A stretch of DNA of 64,000 nt, taken from contig OZ245365.1 of assembly GCA_965226495.1 (NCBI GenBank), positions 2,208,001 to 2,272,000 on the forward strand, read 5' to 3'. The translations under genes were made by a program, and so were the position numbers. Positions 39,341 to 50,157 of the stretch are shown one piece after another. The notes beneath the pieces were generated by a model. It was given only the letters and a program-made list of their open reading frames with translations. It was not told the DNA's origin and searched no databases. Position 1 is the first letter of the stretch. Each line of letters begins with the position of its first letter. Source of the DNA: Candidatus Marinacidobacterales bacterium. GTDB lineage: Bacteria; Acidobacteriota; Vicinamibacteria; Marinacidobacterales; DATDRI01.

Positions 39341-40654
39341 ATGAAGATTTGTGTCGTGGGTACGGGCTATGTCGGCCTGGTCGTCGCTTCGTGTTTTGCA
39401 GAAAACGGCAACAGCGTCATCGGTGTGGATATCGATGAAGAGAAGATAGACCGACTCTCAAAGGGGGAAAACCCCATCTACGAGCCGGGGTTGGACGAGT
39501 TGCTCAAGAGAAACCTGCAGGAAGAGAGGCTTTCCTTTAGCACCAACCTCCCGGAAGCGGTCAAGGTTTCGGAGGTCGTCTTCATCGCTGTCGGCACGCC
39601 CCCCAGCGAGGATGGGTCCGCGGATATGAGCAACGTCCTGAGCGTGGCCGAATCGATCGGCCGGGCGATGAACGGGTACAAAGTCGTGGTCCTCAAGAGC
39701 ACCGTCCCGGTGGGAACGCACCAAAGGGTAAGAGAGACCATTGCCGCTTTCACATCACAACGCTTCGGAGTGGCGTCCAACCCTGAGTTCTTGAAAGAAG
39801 GGGCCGCGATTGAGGACTTCATGCGTCCCGATCGGGTAGTCGTCGGTACCGACGACGCAGAGGTCGGCCAATTGATGACCGAGCTCTACCGTCCATTGGT
39901 GCGGACCGGCAACCCGATTTTGGTGATGGACCCCGCTAGCGCCGAGATTTCGAAATACGCCGCCAACGCGATGCTGGCCAGCCGCATCAGCTTCATGAAC
40001 GAAATCGCGCGTTTATGCGAGTCGGTTGACGCGGATGTGTCGCAGGTTCGCAAAGCGATCGGAGCGGACAGCAGGATCGGGCACGCTTTTCTCTTTCCTG
40101 GGGTGGGTTACGGGGGATCCTGTTTCCCCAAAGACATACGAGCCTTGCTCCATACCGCCGAGGAAAAGGGCGTCGACCTCGCGATCGTGAGAGCCACCGA
40201 GAATGTGAACGAAACGCAGAAACGATTCTTGCTACCCAAAATCTTGGGGCTCTTCGGCGGAGAGCTGAAGTCTGTGACGCTCGCCGTGTGGGGACTTGCC
40301 TTCAAGCCTAGAACCGACGACATGCGAGAAGCTCCGTCGATAGTGTTGATCGAGGAGTTAGCGAAAAGGGGAGCCCACCTTCGGGTCTTCGATCCCGAAG
40401 CTATGAAAGAAGCCAAGAAGGTACTCTCCAAGTGGGACAAAAGCATCACCTATTGCAGTAAGGGCTATGACGCGTGTGAAGGAGCGGAAGCTTTGATCTT
40501 GGTCACCGAGTGGAACGAGTTTCGTGAGCCCGACTTCGAGCGCTTACGCGGCGTGATGAAGCGTCCAGTGGTTTTCGACGGACGAAACATCTACAACCCC
40601 GATGTGCTGAACAAGCTAGGATTCGCCTACTTCGGCGTCGGCCGACGGGCCTGA
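39341..40654 (+). CDS. ugd: UDP-glucose 6-dehydrogenase
   Basis: MKICVVGTGYVG, IAVGTP, KSTVPVG, SNPEFLKEG, GYGGSCFPKD, GLAFKP.TDDMRE. Confidence 0.96.
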   Translation: MKICVVGTGYVGLVVASCFAENGNSVIGVDIDEEKIDRLSKGENPIYEPGLDELLKRNLQEERLSFSTNLPEAVKVSEVVFIAVGTPPSEDGSADMSNVLSVAESIGRAMNGYKVVVLKSTVPVGTHQRVRETIAAFTSQRFGVASNPEFLKEGAAIEDFMRPDRVVVGTDDAEVGQLMTELYRPLVRTGNPILVMDPASAEISKYAANAMLASRISFMNEIARLCESVDADVSQVRKAIGADSRIGHAFLFPGVGYGGSCFPKDIRALLHTAEEKGVDLAIVRATENVNETQKRFLLPKILGLFGGELKSVTLAVWGLAFKPRTDDMREAPSIVLIEELAKRGAHLRVFDPEAMKEAKKVLSKWDKSITYCSKGYDACEGAEALILVTEWNEFREPDFERLRGVMKRPVVFDGRNIYNPDVLNKLGFAYFGVGRRA

Positions 40655-40666
40655 GCTGAGAGATCG

Positions 40667-41671
40667 ATGCCCGCCGTCCTTGTTACTGGGGGAGCCGGTT
40701 TCGTCGGCTCACATACCGTACGGGAGCTAGTGCGTCGAGGCGAGCGTGTCGTGGTCCTCGACGATCTGAGCGCGGGGCATCGAGAAGCCGTCGGGGGAGT
40801 CGAGCTGGTGGCGGTCGATCTTTCTGCGCCGGCTCAGGCGCGAGAGGGGCTCGACAGCATCTTCAAGAGCGAAGAGATCGATGTAGTGCTTCATTTTGCA
40901 GGGAAGGCCTATGTAGGAGAGTCGGTTCGAGCGCCCGGGAAGTATTACAAAAATAATGTGGGCGGAGGCATCGAGCTACTCGAAGCCGTGGCGCGAAACC
41001 AGGTTCCGGGGGTGATCTTTTCCTCCACCTGTGCCATCTATGGTGAGCCGGAGGTCGTTCCCATTCCTGAGACGCACCCCCAACGACCGGTAAGTCCGTA
41101 TGGTCGCACGAAGCGTGACTTCGAGGAAGCACTCGCGGACTTCGAGACCGCCTACGGAACGCGACACGTCAACCTCCGCTACTTCAACGCCGCCGGAGCT
41201 CATCCGGATGGTGATCTCGGTGAAGATCATCGCCCGGAGACGCATCTCATCCCTCTGGCATGTGAGGTGGCGATGGGACTCCGAGCGTCACTCGGAATCT
41301 TTGGCGACGACTACGGGACTCCCGATGGGACATGTATTCGCGACTATGTGCACGTCGTGGATCTCGCTTCGGCCCATACGATGGCGGTCGATGCTCTTCG
41401 TGCCGGCGCTGCCTCCACCAGCTACAATCTCGGGACGGGAAAGGGATACTCGGTGCTCGAGGTAGTTAGTACGGTCGAACGGGTAAGCGGCAAAGATGTT
41501 CCCACCGAACGCGCGGAGCGACGCGCGGGAGATCCTCCTCGGCTCGTAGCGGCGAGTGAGAAGATCGAGCGGGAGTTGGGATGGAAGCCGAGCTTCGCCT
41601 CACTCGAGGGGATCGTCGAGACGGCCTGGCAGTTCAAGCAAAAGCATCCCAAGGGTTACGGCGAAGCGTGA
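40667..41671 (+). CDS. galE: UDP-glucose 4-epimerase
   Basis: [49 protein letters not shown]. Confidence 0.95.
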   Translation: MPAVLVTGGAGFVGSHTVRELVRRGERVVVLDDLSAGHREAVGGVELVAVDLSAPAQAREGLDSIFKSEEIDVVLHFAGKAYVGESVRAPGKYYKNNVGGGIELLEAVARNQVPGVIFSSTCAIYGEPEVVPIPETHPQRPVSPYGRTKRDFEEALADFETAYGTRHVNLRYFNAAGAHPDGDLGEDHRPETHLIPLACEVAMGLRASLGIFGDDYGTPDGTCIRDYVHVVDLASAHTMAVDALRAGAASTSYNLGTGKGYSVLEVVSTVERVSGKDVPTERAERRAGDPPRLVAASEKIERELGWKPSFASLEGIVETAWQFKQKHPKGYGEA

Positions 41672-42372
41672 AAAGCACTCCGCTTGTAGACCCGCTGCTC
41701 TCGGTGATCATGCCCGTTTACAACGAACGGGAGACCATTGAAGAGATCGTCACTCGGGTACTCGCCGTGCCCATTCGAGTCGAGCTCGTCGTCGTCGACG
41801 ACGGCTCTACCGATGGGTCGCGCGACATCCTGAACAAGCTCGCCGGCGAGCGAAACTTCAAGCTCCTTCTGCAGGAGAAAAACCAGGGGAAGGGCGCGGC
41901 GGTTAGGAGAGGGTTCGCGGAAGCGACCGGAGACATCTTCGTCATCCAGGATGCCGATTTGGAATACTCTCCGGAGGAATATCCGCAGCTCATCGAGCTC
42001 ATCGTGCGGGGCAAGGCCGATGCGGTCTACGGTTCACGCTTCTTGGGCCGACACCGGGCGTTTCTCTTCACCCACTACGTGGGAAACCGCTTTCTGACGT
42101 TCGTGACCAATGTCCTCTACAATACGATTCTCACCGACATGGAGACTTGCTTCAAGGCCATCCGGGCCGACAAGGTTCGTCAGATGACACTCCGCTCGGA
42201 CCGATTCGGCATTGAGCCCGAGATCACGGCGAAGCTCTTCAAGATCGGTTGCCGCGTTTACGAAGTGCCTATTACGTACGAGGGCCGGGGCTACGAGGAA
42301 GGGAAGAAGATCTCGTGGAAGGATGGCGTCGAGGCCCTATGGGTGCTTCTGAAGTACCGTGTGGTAGATTAG
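41668..42372 (+). CDS. glycosyltransferase family 2 (polyprenol-phosphate sugar synthase, DPM1-like)
   Basis: [43 protein letters not shown]; GTGA overlap with galE. Confidence 0.93.
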   Translation: MKSTPLVDPLLSVIMPVYNERETIEEIVTRVLAVPIRVELVVVDDGSTDGSRDILNKLAGERNFKLLLQEKNQGKGAAVRRGFAEATGDIFVIQDADLEYSPEEYPQLIELIVRGKADAVYGSRFLGRHRAFLFTHYVGNRFLTFVTNVLYNTILTDMETCFKAIRADKVRQMTLRSDRFGIEPEITAKLFKIGCRVYEVPITYEGRGYEEGKKISWKDGVEALWVLLKYRVVD

Positions 42373-42471
42373 ATTCCTCCGTTGAGACCCCCGCCGCCTG
42401 CCCCAGCGGAGGGTTCAGAAGATTCCGAGAGAAGACTCTGATAAAATGTTTTGTTTGAGTGAGTTTCATCG

Positions 42472-44271
42472 ATGAATGAACTTCGTCGTCTGTTCCGGCA
42501 GGCACGCCCCTATCGGGGCCGATTCCTCCTCGCTTGCGGGGCGATGATCGGGTTCGCCATTTCCTCCGCCGGCCTGGCCTACCTCATCAAGCCCATTTTC
42601 GACGATGTTCTGATTCAGCAGGTCAACCTCGAACAGGTGGCCTTGGCGATCATCGCGCTCTATGTGGGGAAGGGATTGTTCTCGTACTTCTCTACGTACC
42701 TCATGAGCTACGTTGGCCAGCGCACGGTGATGGATCTCAGAAACCGTCTTTACCGACATATGCTCCGCCAATCGGTGGATTTTTTCTCCGCGAAGTCCAC
42801 CGGGACGCTCATGAGTCACATCACCACCGACGTCGAGAAGATTCAGCAGTCGGTCTCCCAGGCAGTCGGTGATTTGATGATGCAAGGGTTCGCCGTCGTG
42901 GGATATGGCGCGCTCCTGTTTTATTACGACTGGCGTCTTGCGGCCCTGTCTCTCTTGGGGGCGCCGCTGGTGATCTACCCCCTTGTGCGCCTCGGGCGTC
43001 GCTTGCGGAAGACCAGCGACACCGGGCTCCTACGTTGGCGCGACATATCCAACATCCTGCAGGAGACGATATCCGGCAGCCGCATCGTCAAGGCGTTTCG
43101 GATGGAAGAGTTCGAGTCGAGGCGATTCGCTGGAGCGAGTGAGCGTCTCTTCAAGACGAACATGCACATCACGGAAATCGTATCTCTTCTACCGCCGCTC
43201 ATGGAGCTGGTAGGCGGAGTCGCCGTCGCCGGGGCCATTTGGTACGGGAGCGCGATGATATCGCTCGGGGAGCTGACGCCTGGCGAGTTCACCTCGTTCG
43301 TGGCAGCCCTTTTTCTGATGTACGGGCCGATCAAGAAGCTGTCCCGCGTGAACGCTACCTTTCAGCAATCTCTCGCCGCCGCGGAGCGTGTCTTTTCAGT
43401 CCTCGATACTCATATGGAGATCGAGGAGGTACCCGGTGCGGTGGAGCTCCCAGCCCTTCAGAACAAGATCGAGTACGTCGGCGTTAGCTTCACCTACGGA
43501 GACGGCGTCGAGCAAGTCCTTCGCAACATCGACCTGCAGATCAAAGCTGGCCAGGTCATCGCCTTGGTCGGGACGAGCGGAGCAGGAAAGACGACTCTCG
43601 CCAACTTGATGCCGCGATTCTTCGATCCGGAGGAAGGGTCGATCTTGTGGGATGGTATCGATATTCGTGAGGCGACGCTTTCGTCGTTGCGCGGACAGAT
43701 CGGTTTAGTCCTTCAGGAAACCATCTTGTTCAACGATACCGTACGAAACAACATCGCCTACGGAGTCGAGTCGACCTCAATGGAAGCCATCAGGGACGCG
43801 GCGCAGGCGGCATGGGCGCTCGAATTCATCGAAGAGCTTCCGAATGGCTTCGACAGCATGGTCGGAGAGCGCGGACAGAAACTGTCTGGCGGACAGCGTC
43901 AACGGTTATCGATCGCCCGCGCGATCCTGAAGAACCCGCCCTTGCTCATTCTGGACGAAGCAACGAGCTCGTTGGACGCCGAATCAGAGGCGTTGGTGCA
44001 ACAAGCGATCGAGAACTTGATGGCCAACCGCACCACCGTCGTCATCGCCCACCGTCTGTCGACGATAAGACGCGCCGATCGAATTGTAGTCATCGAGGAG
44101 GGAACGGTGAGAGAGACCGGGACGCACGATGAGCTACTTCGCCGGGCGGACAGCGTCTACCGGCGACTCTACCAGCTCCAGTTCGCGGGAGGCGATCCTG
44201 TCATCTTGGATGTTCCGCCTACCCATGGTGAGGACGTCACCACATCAAGCAAAGGAGAGGTCGTACAGTGA
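42472..44271 (+). CDS. msbA: ABC exporter ATP-binding/permease, MsbA-like
   Basis: 6-TM domain plus GTSGAGKT, LSGGQRQR, ILDEATS; extended -10 TGATAAAAT at 42439-42447. Substrate not provable. Confidence 0.85.
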   Translation: MNELRRLFRQARPYRGRFLLACGAMIGFAISSAGLAYLIKPIFDDVLIQQVNLEQVALAIIALYVGKGLFSYFSTYLMSYVGQRTVMDLRNRLYRHMLRQSVDFFSAKSTGTLMSHITTDVEKIQQSVSQAVGDLMMQGFAVVGYGALLFYYDWRLAALSLLGAPLVIYPLVRLGRRLRKTSDTGLLRWRDISNILQETISGSRIVKAFRMEEFESRRFAGASERLFKTNMHITEIVSLLPPLMELVGGVAVAGAIWYGSAMISLGELTPGEFTSFVAALFLMYGPIKKLSRVNATFQQSLAAAERVFSVLDTHMEIEEVPGAVELPALQNKIEYVGVSFTYGDGVEQVLRNIDLQIKAGQVIALVGTSGAGKTTLANLMPRFFDPEEGSILWDGIDIREATLSSLRGQIGLVLQETILFNDTVRNNIAYGVESTSMEAIRDAAQAAWALEFIEELPNGFDSMVGERGQKLSGGQRQRLSIARAILKNPPLLILDEATSSLDAESEALVQQAIENLMANRTTVVIAHRLSTIRRADRIVVIEEGTVRETGTHDELLRRADSVYRRLYQLQFAGGDPVILDVPPTHGEDVTTSSKGEVVQ

Positions 44272-45146
44272 TTCGAAGCATGACCGGATTCGCCAGGGGG
44301 CAGTCGGAGAGCGATTCGTATCTCGCCGAGGTAGAGTTACGCTCGGTGAATCATCGTTACCAAGATGTTCGTGTCCGCGTTCCGTCCAGCCTAGCCTGTT
44401 TGGAGAGCAAGATCCGCAGGGAGGTGTCCTCTCGTGTCAAACGCGGGAAGGTAGATATCTCTGTGCGATTGAAGCCAAAGGAAGATAGCACCTACCAACT
44501 GGAGCTCGACCGGCCGCTTATCGAAGACTTCGTGAAGGTTGCTCGGGATCTGGGGCGGGAGCTGGGTGTTGGCGGCGAGCTGGCACTGTCCGACCTGGTC
44601 GGATTTCATCCCGGTTTCAGTGTCAAGGAACGAGACTTGTCGAGCGGTGACGGGGCTTGGAAGGCCTTGGAACCGGCCTTGCAGCAGGCACTCGATGAGT
44701 ACGATCGGATGAGCCGAACCGAGGGACAAGAGCTCGCGTCGGACATCGATGGGCGCGTCCACATCATCGTCGAGCACATCGACGCAATCGAACGCCTTTC
44801 TGCTTCCAGCAAAGAGAAAAAGCGCCAGGAGATCCTGGACCGCATCAAGGAGCTCAATGGGACCGGCATCGAGCCCTCGGCCTTGGCGATTGAAGTGGCG
44901 CGGTTGGTGGAACGCAGCGATATCACCGAAGAGATCACACGTTTCCGTAGCCACATCGCCTTGTGGCGGGAGACCGTGGGCGCGGAAGGGCCTTGTGGGA
45001 AAAAGCTCGATTTCATCATTCAGGAGATGAATCGAGAAGTGAATACCATCGGCTCGAAATGTCAGGATGCCGCCATCACGGAGAGCGTGATCGCCACCAA
45101 ATCCGAGCTGGAACGCATCAGAGAACAGGTTCAGAATATCGAGTGA
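44268..45146 (+). CDS. yicC: YicC/YloC family endoribonuclease
   Basis: MIRSMTGF, RSVNHRY, DITEE..R..SH, GKKLDFIIQEMNREVNTIGSK, IREQVQNIE. Confidence 0.95.
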   Translation: MIRSMTGFARGQSESDSYLAEVELRSVNHRYQDVRVRVPSSLACLESKIRREVSSRVKRGKVDISVRLKPKEDSTYQLELDRPLIEDFVKVARDLGRELGVGGELALSDLVGFHPGFSVKERDLSSGDGAWKALEPALQQALDEYDRMSRTEGQELASDIDGRVHIIVEHIDAIERLSASSKEKKRQEILDRIKELNGTGIEPSALAIEVARLVERSDITEEITRFRSHIALWRETVGAEGPCGKKLDFIIQEMNREVNTIGSKCQDAAITESVIATKSELERIREQVQNIE

Positions 45147-45760
45147 GCAAACGACGTGGCAGTCTCTTGGTCATCTCCGCCCCCTCCGGGTCGGGAAAGA
45201 CGACCTTGGTGCGCCCGCTTGTCGCGGATGTCGAAGGGCTGGAGTTTTCCATTTCCTACACGACTCGTTCCCCCCGCGCGTCGGAAAAAGACGGTGTGGA
45301 CTACCATTTCGCTTCGGAGAACGAGTTTCGGTCGAAAATCGAGGCAAACGGCCTCCTCGAATGGGCCGAGGTTCACGAAAGGCTCTACGGAACGGGGCGT
45401 ACCGAAACGGAAGCCGTTCTTGACCGAGGGGTCGATGTCGTCCTGGATATCGATGTCCAGGGCGCGGCGCAGGTTCAGCAATCCATGCCCGACGCGGTGC
45501 TCATTTTCATACTCCCACCGTCTTTTGACGTCCTCGAACAACGGTTGAGGGACCGGCGGCAGAACGAAGGGGCCGATATCGAGCGCCGGTTGACGGTCGC
45601 TCGACGTGAGGTTTCGCAATATCGAAATTATGACTATGCTGTAGTCAACGATGAAATCGATCGGTGCGCCGGACTCCTCCGGTCCATCGTTCTAGCGGAG
45701 CGGGCGCGGCGCCAGCGGATGGAGCCTATCGTGCGTTCCATCCTGGATACTTTTGAATGA
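45143..45760 (+). CDS. gmk: guanylate kinase
   Basis: ISAPSGSGKTT, SYTTRSPR, DGVDYHF, YGT, DIDVQG, FILPPS; GTG 45143. Confidence 0.97.
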   Translation: MSKRRGSLLVISAPSGSGKTTLVRPLVADVEGLEFSISYTTRSPRASEKDGVDYHFASENEFRSKIEANGLLEWAEVHERLYGTGRTETEAVLDRGVDVVLDIDVQGAAQVQQSMPDAVLIFILPPSFDVLEQRLRDRRQNEGADIERRLTVARREVSQYRNYDYAVVNDEIDRCAGLLRSIVLAERARRQRMEPIVRSILDTFE

Positions 45761-46971
45761 GTGCCAACAAGAAGATCGTCCTAGGGGTCACGGGCTGCAT
45801 CGGGGCCTACAAGGCCGCGGAGGTCGTCCGAGGCTTGAAGAAGGACGGCTTAGCGGTACAGGTGATCATGACCGCGGGTGCTCGGGAGTTCATCACGCCG
45901 CTTACGTTGGAGACGCTTTCGGAGGAGCCGGTGATCTGCGAGCTCTTCGGTCAGGAGCGAGAGGAAGGGATCCGTCACATCTCGCTCACCGAAGAGTGCG
46001 AGCTACTCCTGATTGCTCCCGCAACTGCCAACATCCTGGCGAAGCTGGCCCACGGAATCGCCGACGATTTCCTGAGCACCTTCGCTCTGGCCAACCGGGC
46101 TCCGGTGATGATGGCGCCAGCAATGAACACCCAAATGCTGTCCCATCCCGCGGTGCAGGCGAACATCGCGACCTTACGCGAAAGAGGCGTCGATTTCATC
46201 GAGCCGGGAGAAGGATGGTTGGCCTGTGGCTGGCTCGGGAAGGGAAGGCTGGCCGAACCGGACGAAATCGTGGCGCGGGTGAAAGACCAGCTTTCCGGCC
46301 GGTCCAAAAAAAAGTCTAGCCTAGCCGGGCAAACGGTGCTGGTCAGCGCCGGCCCTACCGCAGAGCCCATCGATCCGGTCCGCGTGCTCACGAATCACTC
46401 TAGCGGAAAGATGGGTTACCGAATCGCCGAGGCGGCCCGCGATCGCGGCGCTCGTGTCGTGCTGGTGAGCGGACCGACCGCGCTGCCAGATCCACGCGGT
46501 GTGGACATCGTGCGCGTGGAAACGGCGGACCAGATGAAAGAGGCCATGCTCGCGCGACTGAACGAGGCGACGGTGGTGGTTATGGCCGCCGCGGTTGCCG
46601 ACTACCGGCCGGAGACGGAAGAAAAGTCCAAGATAAAGAAGAAGCCGGGTCCCCAAACCCTGAAGCTCGTCCGCACCGATGACATACTCATGGAGATCGG
46701 CCGTCGGCGCTCTTCCAAGCAAACGTTGGTTGGTTTTGCCGCGGAGACCGAGGACCTCGAGGCGCGTGCCCGAGAGAAGCTGTCGAAAAAGAAGCTCGAC
46801 CTTGTCGTCGCGAATGATGTCACGCGGAACGGTGCCGGCTTCGGAACGGATACTAACCAAGTGATTCTCCTCGCCAAGCAGGGTGCCGCCGAGGAGTTGC
46901 CCCTTTTGAGCAAGCGGGAAGTCGCGGAACGAATTCTCGACCGCATCGAGGGCATGCGTGAACGCGGATAG
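45757..46971 (+). CDS. coaBC: bifunctional phosphopantothenoylcysteine decarboxylase / phosphopantothenate-cysteine ligase
   Basis: GVTGCIGAYK, APATAN, PAMN, LACG..GKGR, GPT.EPIDPVR..TNHSSGKMG, VGFAAET. Confidence 0.97.
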   Translation: MSANKKIVLGVTGCIGAYKAAEVVRGLKKDGLAVQVIMTAGAREFITPLTLETLSEEPVICELFGQEREEGIRHISLTEECELLLIAPATANILAKLAHGIADDFLSTFALANRAPVMMAPAMNTQMLSHPAVQANIATLRERGVDFIEPGEGWLACGWLGKGRLAEPDEIVARVKDQLSGRSKKKSSLAGQTVLVSAGPTAEPIDPVRVLTNHSSGKMGYRIAEAARDRGARVVLVSGPTALPDPRGVDIVRVETADQMKEAMLARLNEATVVVMAAAVADYRPETEEKSKIKKKPGPQTLKLVRTDDILMEIGRRRSSKQTLVGFAAETEDLEARAREKLSKKKLDLVVANDVTRNGAGFGTDTNQVILLAKQGAAEELPLLSKREVAERILDRIEGMRERG

Positions 46972-47656
46972 CGGCAGACTCAAGGCAGAGTTGGCCGAGC
47001 AGATTCGCGAGCGCCTTCGCTATTACTCTTCGATTACGTCCATCGGTTTGCGGCCCGTCTCCGTCTCCGAGACCCCGGCAGCTACCGAGGTGTCGCAAGC
47101 TGCGGAGGCCTTGGATGCGATCCGCGAGGACCTCGGCGACTGCACCCGTTGCAAGTTACACAAGGGACGCCAAAATTTAGTCTTTGGCGTGGGGAATCCC
47201 AAGGCCGATCTCATGTTCATCGGTGAAGGCCCCGGCTACGAAGAAGATCGACAAGGGCTCCCCTTCGTGGGTCCCTCGGGTCAGTTGCTGACCAAGATCA
47301 TCGAAGCGATCCAGCTCACACGTGAAGAAGTCTACATCGCCAACATCGTGAAGTGCCGTCCTCCAAGTAATCGAGATCCTGAGCCCGAAGAGATTGCGGC
47401 TTGCCGGCCGTTTCTGGAAAGACAGGTGAGCTCCATCAAGCCCAGAGTTATCTGCACACTCGGCCGGGTTGCCACCCAAGCCATGCTCTCCACCGAGAAA
47501 GCGTTGGGGCGAGTTCGCGGCCAAGTTTTTTCGTTCGGCGACGTGGCACTCGTGCCCACTTACCATCCGGCATATCTTCTCCGCGATCCTTCAAAGAAGA
47601 AAGATTGTTGGGAGGACATGAAGCTCATTCGAGCCTTGCTCGATGAGCGACGCTAG
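46958..47656 (+). CDS. uracil-DNA glycosylase family 4 (Fe-S)
   Basis: CTRCKL, GEGPG, PFVG, NIVKCRPP, TYHPAY. Confidence 0.93.
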   Translation: MNADSGRLKAELAEQIRERLRYYSSITSIGLRPVSVSETPAATEVSQAAEALDAIREDLGDCTRCKLHKGRQNLVFGVGNPKADLMFIGEGPGYEEDRQGLPFVGPSGQLLTKIIEAIQLTREEVYIANIVKCRPPSNRDPEPEEIAACRPFLERQVSSIKPRVICTLGRVATQAMLSTEKALGRVRGQVFSFGDVALVPTYHPAYLLRDPSKKKDCWEDMKLIRALLDERR

Positions 47657-50087
47657 CGATTCTTCATTCCCGCGCTACGCCCGGGTGGCGCTTCCGTTAC
47701 CCCTTCAGCAAACCTTTTCCTATGGAGTGCCGCGTACCCTGAGCCATCTCGCGCCGGGTTGTCGGGTGAAGGTGCGCTTCGGCCCTCGGGTTCTGATCGG
47801 CTGTGTTATTCAAATCGAAGACCAACCACCGGCGCTGCCTGCGGGTACGAGGATCTTGCCGGTTCTTTCGTCATTGGACCCGGAGCCGGTCGTTGCGAAG
47901 GAGCTCCTTGCGTTAGGGGAGTGGATCGCGGAGTACTACCTCGCTCCGCCCGGCGAGGTGTTACGGGCTGTCCTACCGCCGGAAACTGGACGGGCGGGAA
48001 GCGTTCATTATCGCCGAACCGAGAAGGCCCGCCAGGCCAAGCTCAAGGCCGGCAGTTTGAGAGAACGCGTCCTCCTCGCCCTCGAAAAGCCCATGGCATC
48101 CCGTGCCCTCTCCCGTGCGGTGGGAAGCCCGCGGGTCGGTGCACCTCTACGGTTTCTGGTCGACGAAGGATACGTCGAACGCCTCGAGAAGAACCCGTCT
48201 GGAGGAATTCCGCAAGTTTGGGCGGCGTCGATTACCAAGGAGGGTCGTCAGGCCCTCGAGTCGGAAACCCTTAAGCTTACCAGTTCCCGCGTTCTAACAC
48301 TTCTGGCGACCGCCACAGATCCCGTGCCGCTTCGTACAATACGGAGTGAGCTGGGATTGAAACACGATCCGTGTCGAGCCCTTACCAAACGTGGCTACAT
48401 CGAGCTCATGAAGCAGCGGGCGGCGCCGCAAAGTCCCTGGGGGCGTCTAAACGCTGTCGATGAGGGGCCGCTCACTCCAACCGCAGATCAAACGCGCGTG
48501 ATTTCCGAGATCGAACAATCAATGTCTCTCGGCCAATTCTCGGTCATGGTTTTGCACGGGGTCACTGGAAGCGGGAAGACGGAAGTTTATCTTCGCGCGG
48601 TAGAGTCGGCCCTAGCGGCCGGACGAACGGCGCTGCTGTTGGTCCCTGAAATTGCGTTGACACCGCGACTTGCAGGCCTTTTGCAGCAACGGTTTCAGTC
48701 CAAGGTCGCTATTTTGCACAGCGGGCTCGGAAGTGGTGAAAGGAGGGACGAGTGGTGGCGAATACGTAACGGTGAAGCCCGCGTTGTCGTCGGTGCGCGC
48801 GCAGCGGTTCTCGCGCCTCTCGAAAAAATTGGTCTGGTGGTGGTGGACGAGGAACAGGAGGGCTCCTACAAGCAAGAGGAGGCGCCTCGCTACAACGCGC
48901 GAGACGTCGCGATCAAGCGTGCCCAGGATGCGGGTGCGGTGATCGTTTTGGGCTCTGCGACACCGTCTTTGGAGTCCTACACGCACGCGCTCCAAGGCCG
49001 CTACCGTCTCGCGACGCTGCCCGAGCGTGTCGGCGGCCGTCCTCTAGCGCGGGTCGAGCTCATCGATATGAAAGACGTCGTCCGCGCGGAAGGCCCCGAG
49101 ACCATCCTCTCGGACCCTCTTCGCACCGCAATCGAGAATCGCCTAGCGGCCGGGGAGCAAGCTCTCATTCTTCTCAATCGTCGGGGATACGCAACACAGC
49201 TCGTTTGTCGAGAGTGCGGTCTTGCTGCTAACTGCAGCGAGTGCAGCGTCGCGCTGACGCTTCATGAGCGAGGTTCTCTGGCCGTTTGTCACTATTGCGG
49301 CTTGGGACGTGCGACACCGAAGCAGTGTGATATGTGCCGGGGTGAGTATCTCCGCCGGCGAGGTTACGGAACGGAAAAGGTGGAGGAGCTACTTAAGCAG
49401 GTTTTTCCGAAGATCCGCGCCTCACGCATGGACCGCGACACGATGCGCCGTAAGGGGAGTTACGAGTCTCTACTTTCGCGATTCGCGGGTGGTGAGATAG
49501 ATCTACTCGTCGGAACGCAGATGCTGGCCAAAGGCCACGATTTCCCGGCGGTCACGCTGGTCGGCGTCCTGGCGGCCGACGTCGGCCTTGGAGTTCCTGA
49601 CTTCCGCGCCGCGGAAAGGACGTTTCAACTCCTCACACAGGTGGCCGGTCGCGCGGGCCGAGGCAAGAAGGCGGGGGAGGTACTGATCCAAACATTCTCC
49701 CCGGATCACTACGCTCTACGCCACGCGAGCGCCCAAGACTACAAAGGGTTCTATGAGGAAGAGATGGCTTTCCGTCGTGCGCTCCATTACCCGCCGGGCA
49801 TCTACATCATTAATATCGTTCTAGAAGCCGAGGTTATGGCGGTAGCCACGAGACGAGCCCGACGCGTTGCCCAGGCGCTCAATCGCGCCAATCTGCCTGG
49901 CGTCGACGTGCTGGGGCCGGCTTTTGCCGCTCGTTCCAAAGTCGCGGGCCGCCACCGCTGTCAGATCTTGCTGAAGGTGCCCCGAGCGCAGCACCGGGAG
50001 GTACGCCGCCGTCTTCGCGCGATGGTTCAGGATCCCGATCTCTCGAAACACGTGGTGGTCGACGTGGATCCGATGACACTTTCCTAG
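47643..50087 (+). CDS. priA: primosomal protein N'
   Basis: GVTGSGKTEVY, VPEIALT, VDEE, GSATPSLES, four CxxC pairs, GTQMLAKGHDFP, QVAGRAGR, DVDP. Confidence 0.97.
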   Translation: MSDASDSSFPRYARVALPLPLQQTFSYGVPRTLSHLAPGCRVKVRFGPRVLIGCVIQIEDQPPALPAGTRILPVLSSLDPEPVVAKELLALGEWIAEYYLAPPGEVLRAVLPPETGRAGSVHYRRTEKARQAKLKAGSLRERVLLALEKPMASRALSRAVGSPRVGAPLRFLVDEGYVERLEKNPSGGIPQVWAASITKEGRQALESETLKLTSSRVLTLLATATDPVPLRTIRSELGLKHDPCRALTKRGYIELMKQRAAPQSPWGRLNAVDEGPLTPTADQTRVISEIEQSMSLGQFSVMVLHGVTGSGKTEVYLRAVESALAAGRTALLLVPEIALTPRLAGLLQQRFQSKVAILHSGLGSGERRDEWWRIRNGEARVVVGARAAVLAPLEKIGLVVVDEEQEGSYKQEEAPRYNARDVAIKRAQDAGAVIVLGSATPSLESYTHALQGRYRLATLPERVGGRPLARVELIDMKDVVRAEGPETILSDPLRTAIENRLAAGEQALILLNRRGYATQLVCRECGLAANCSECSVALTLHERGSLAVCHYCGLGRATPKQCDMCRGEYLRRRGYGTEKVEELLKQVFPKIRASRMDRDTMRRKGSYESLLSRFAGGEIDLLVGTQMLAKGHDFPAVTLVGVLAADVGLGVPDFRAAERTFQLLTQVAGRAGRGKKAGEVLIQTFSPDHYALRHASAQDYKGFYEEEMAFRRALHYPPGIYIINIVLEAEVMAVATRRARRVAQALNRANLPGVDVLGPAFAARSKVAGRHRCQILLKVPRAQHREVRRRLRAMVQDPDLSKHVVVDVDPMTLS

Positions 50088-50107
50088 TCCCCGCATGCGC
50101 CGGGGGT

Positions 50108-50136
50108 TTGCGGAACGACCTGGTGTCTCGTATGAT
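50108..50136 (+). promoter_or_regulatory. sigma70 promoter of sulfatase-TPR gene
   Basis: TTGCGG-N17-TATGAT; favours ATG 50158 over 50095. Confidence 0.55.
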
Positions 50137-50157
50137 GAAGTTCCACTCCAAAATCCA

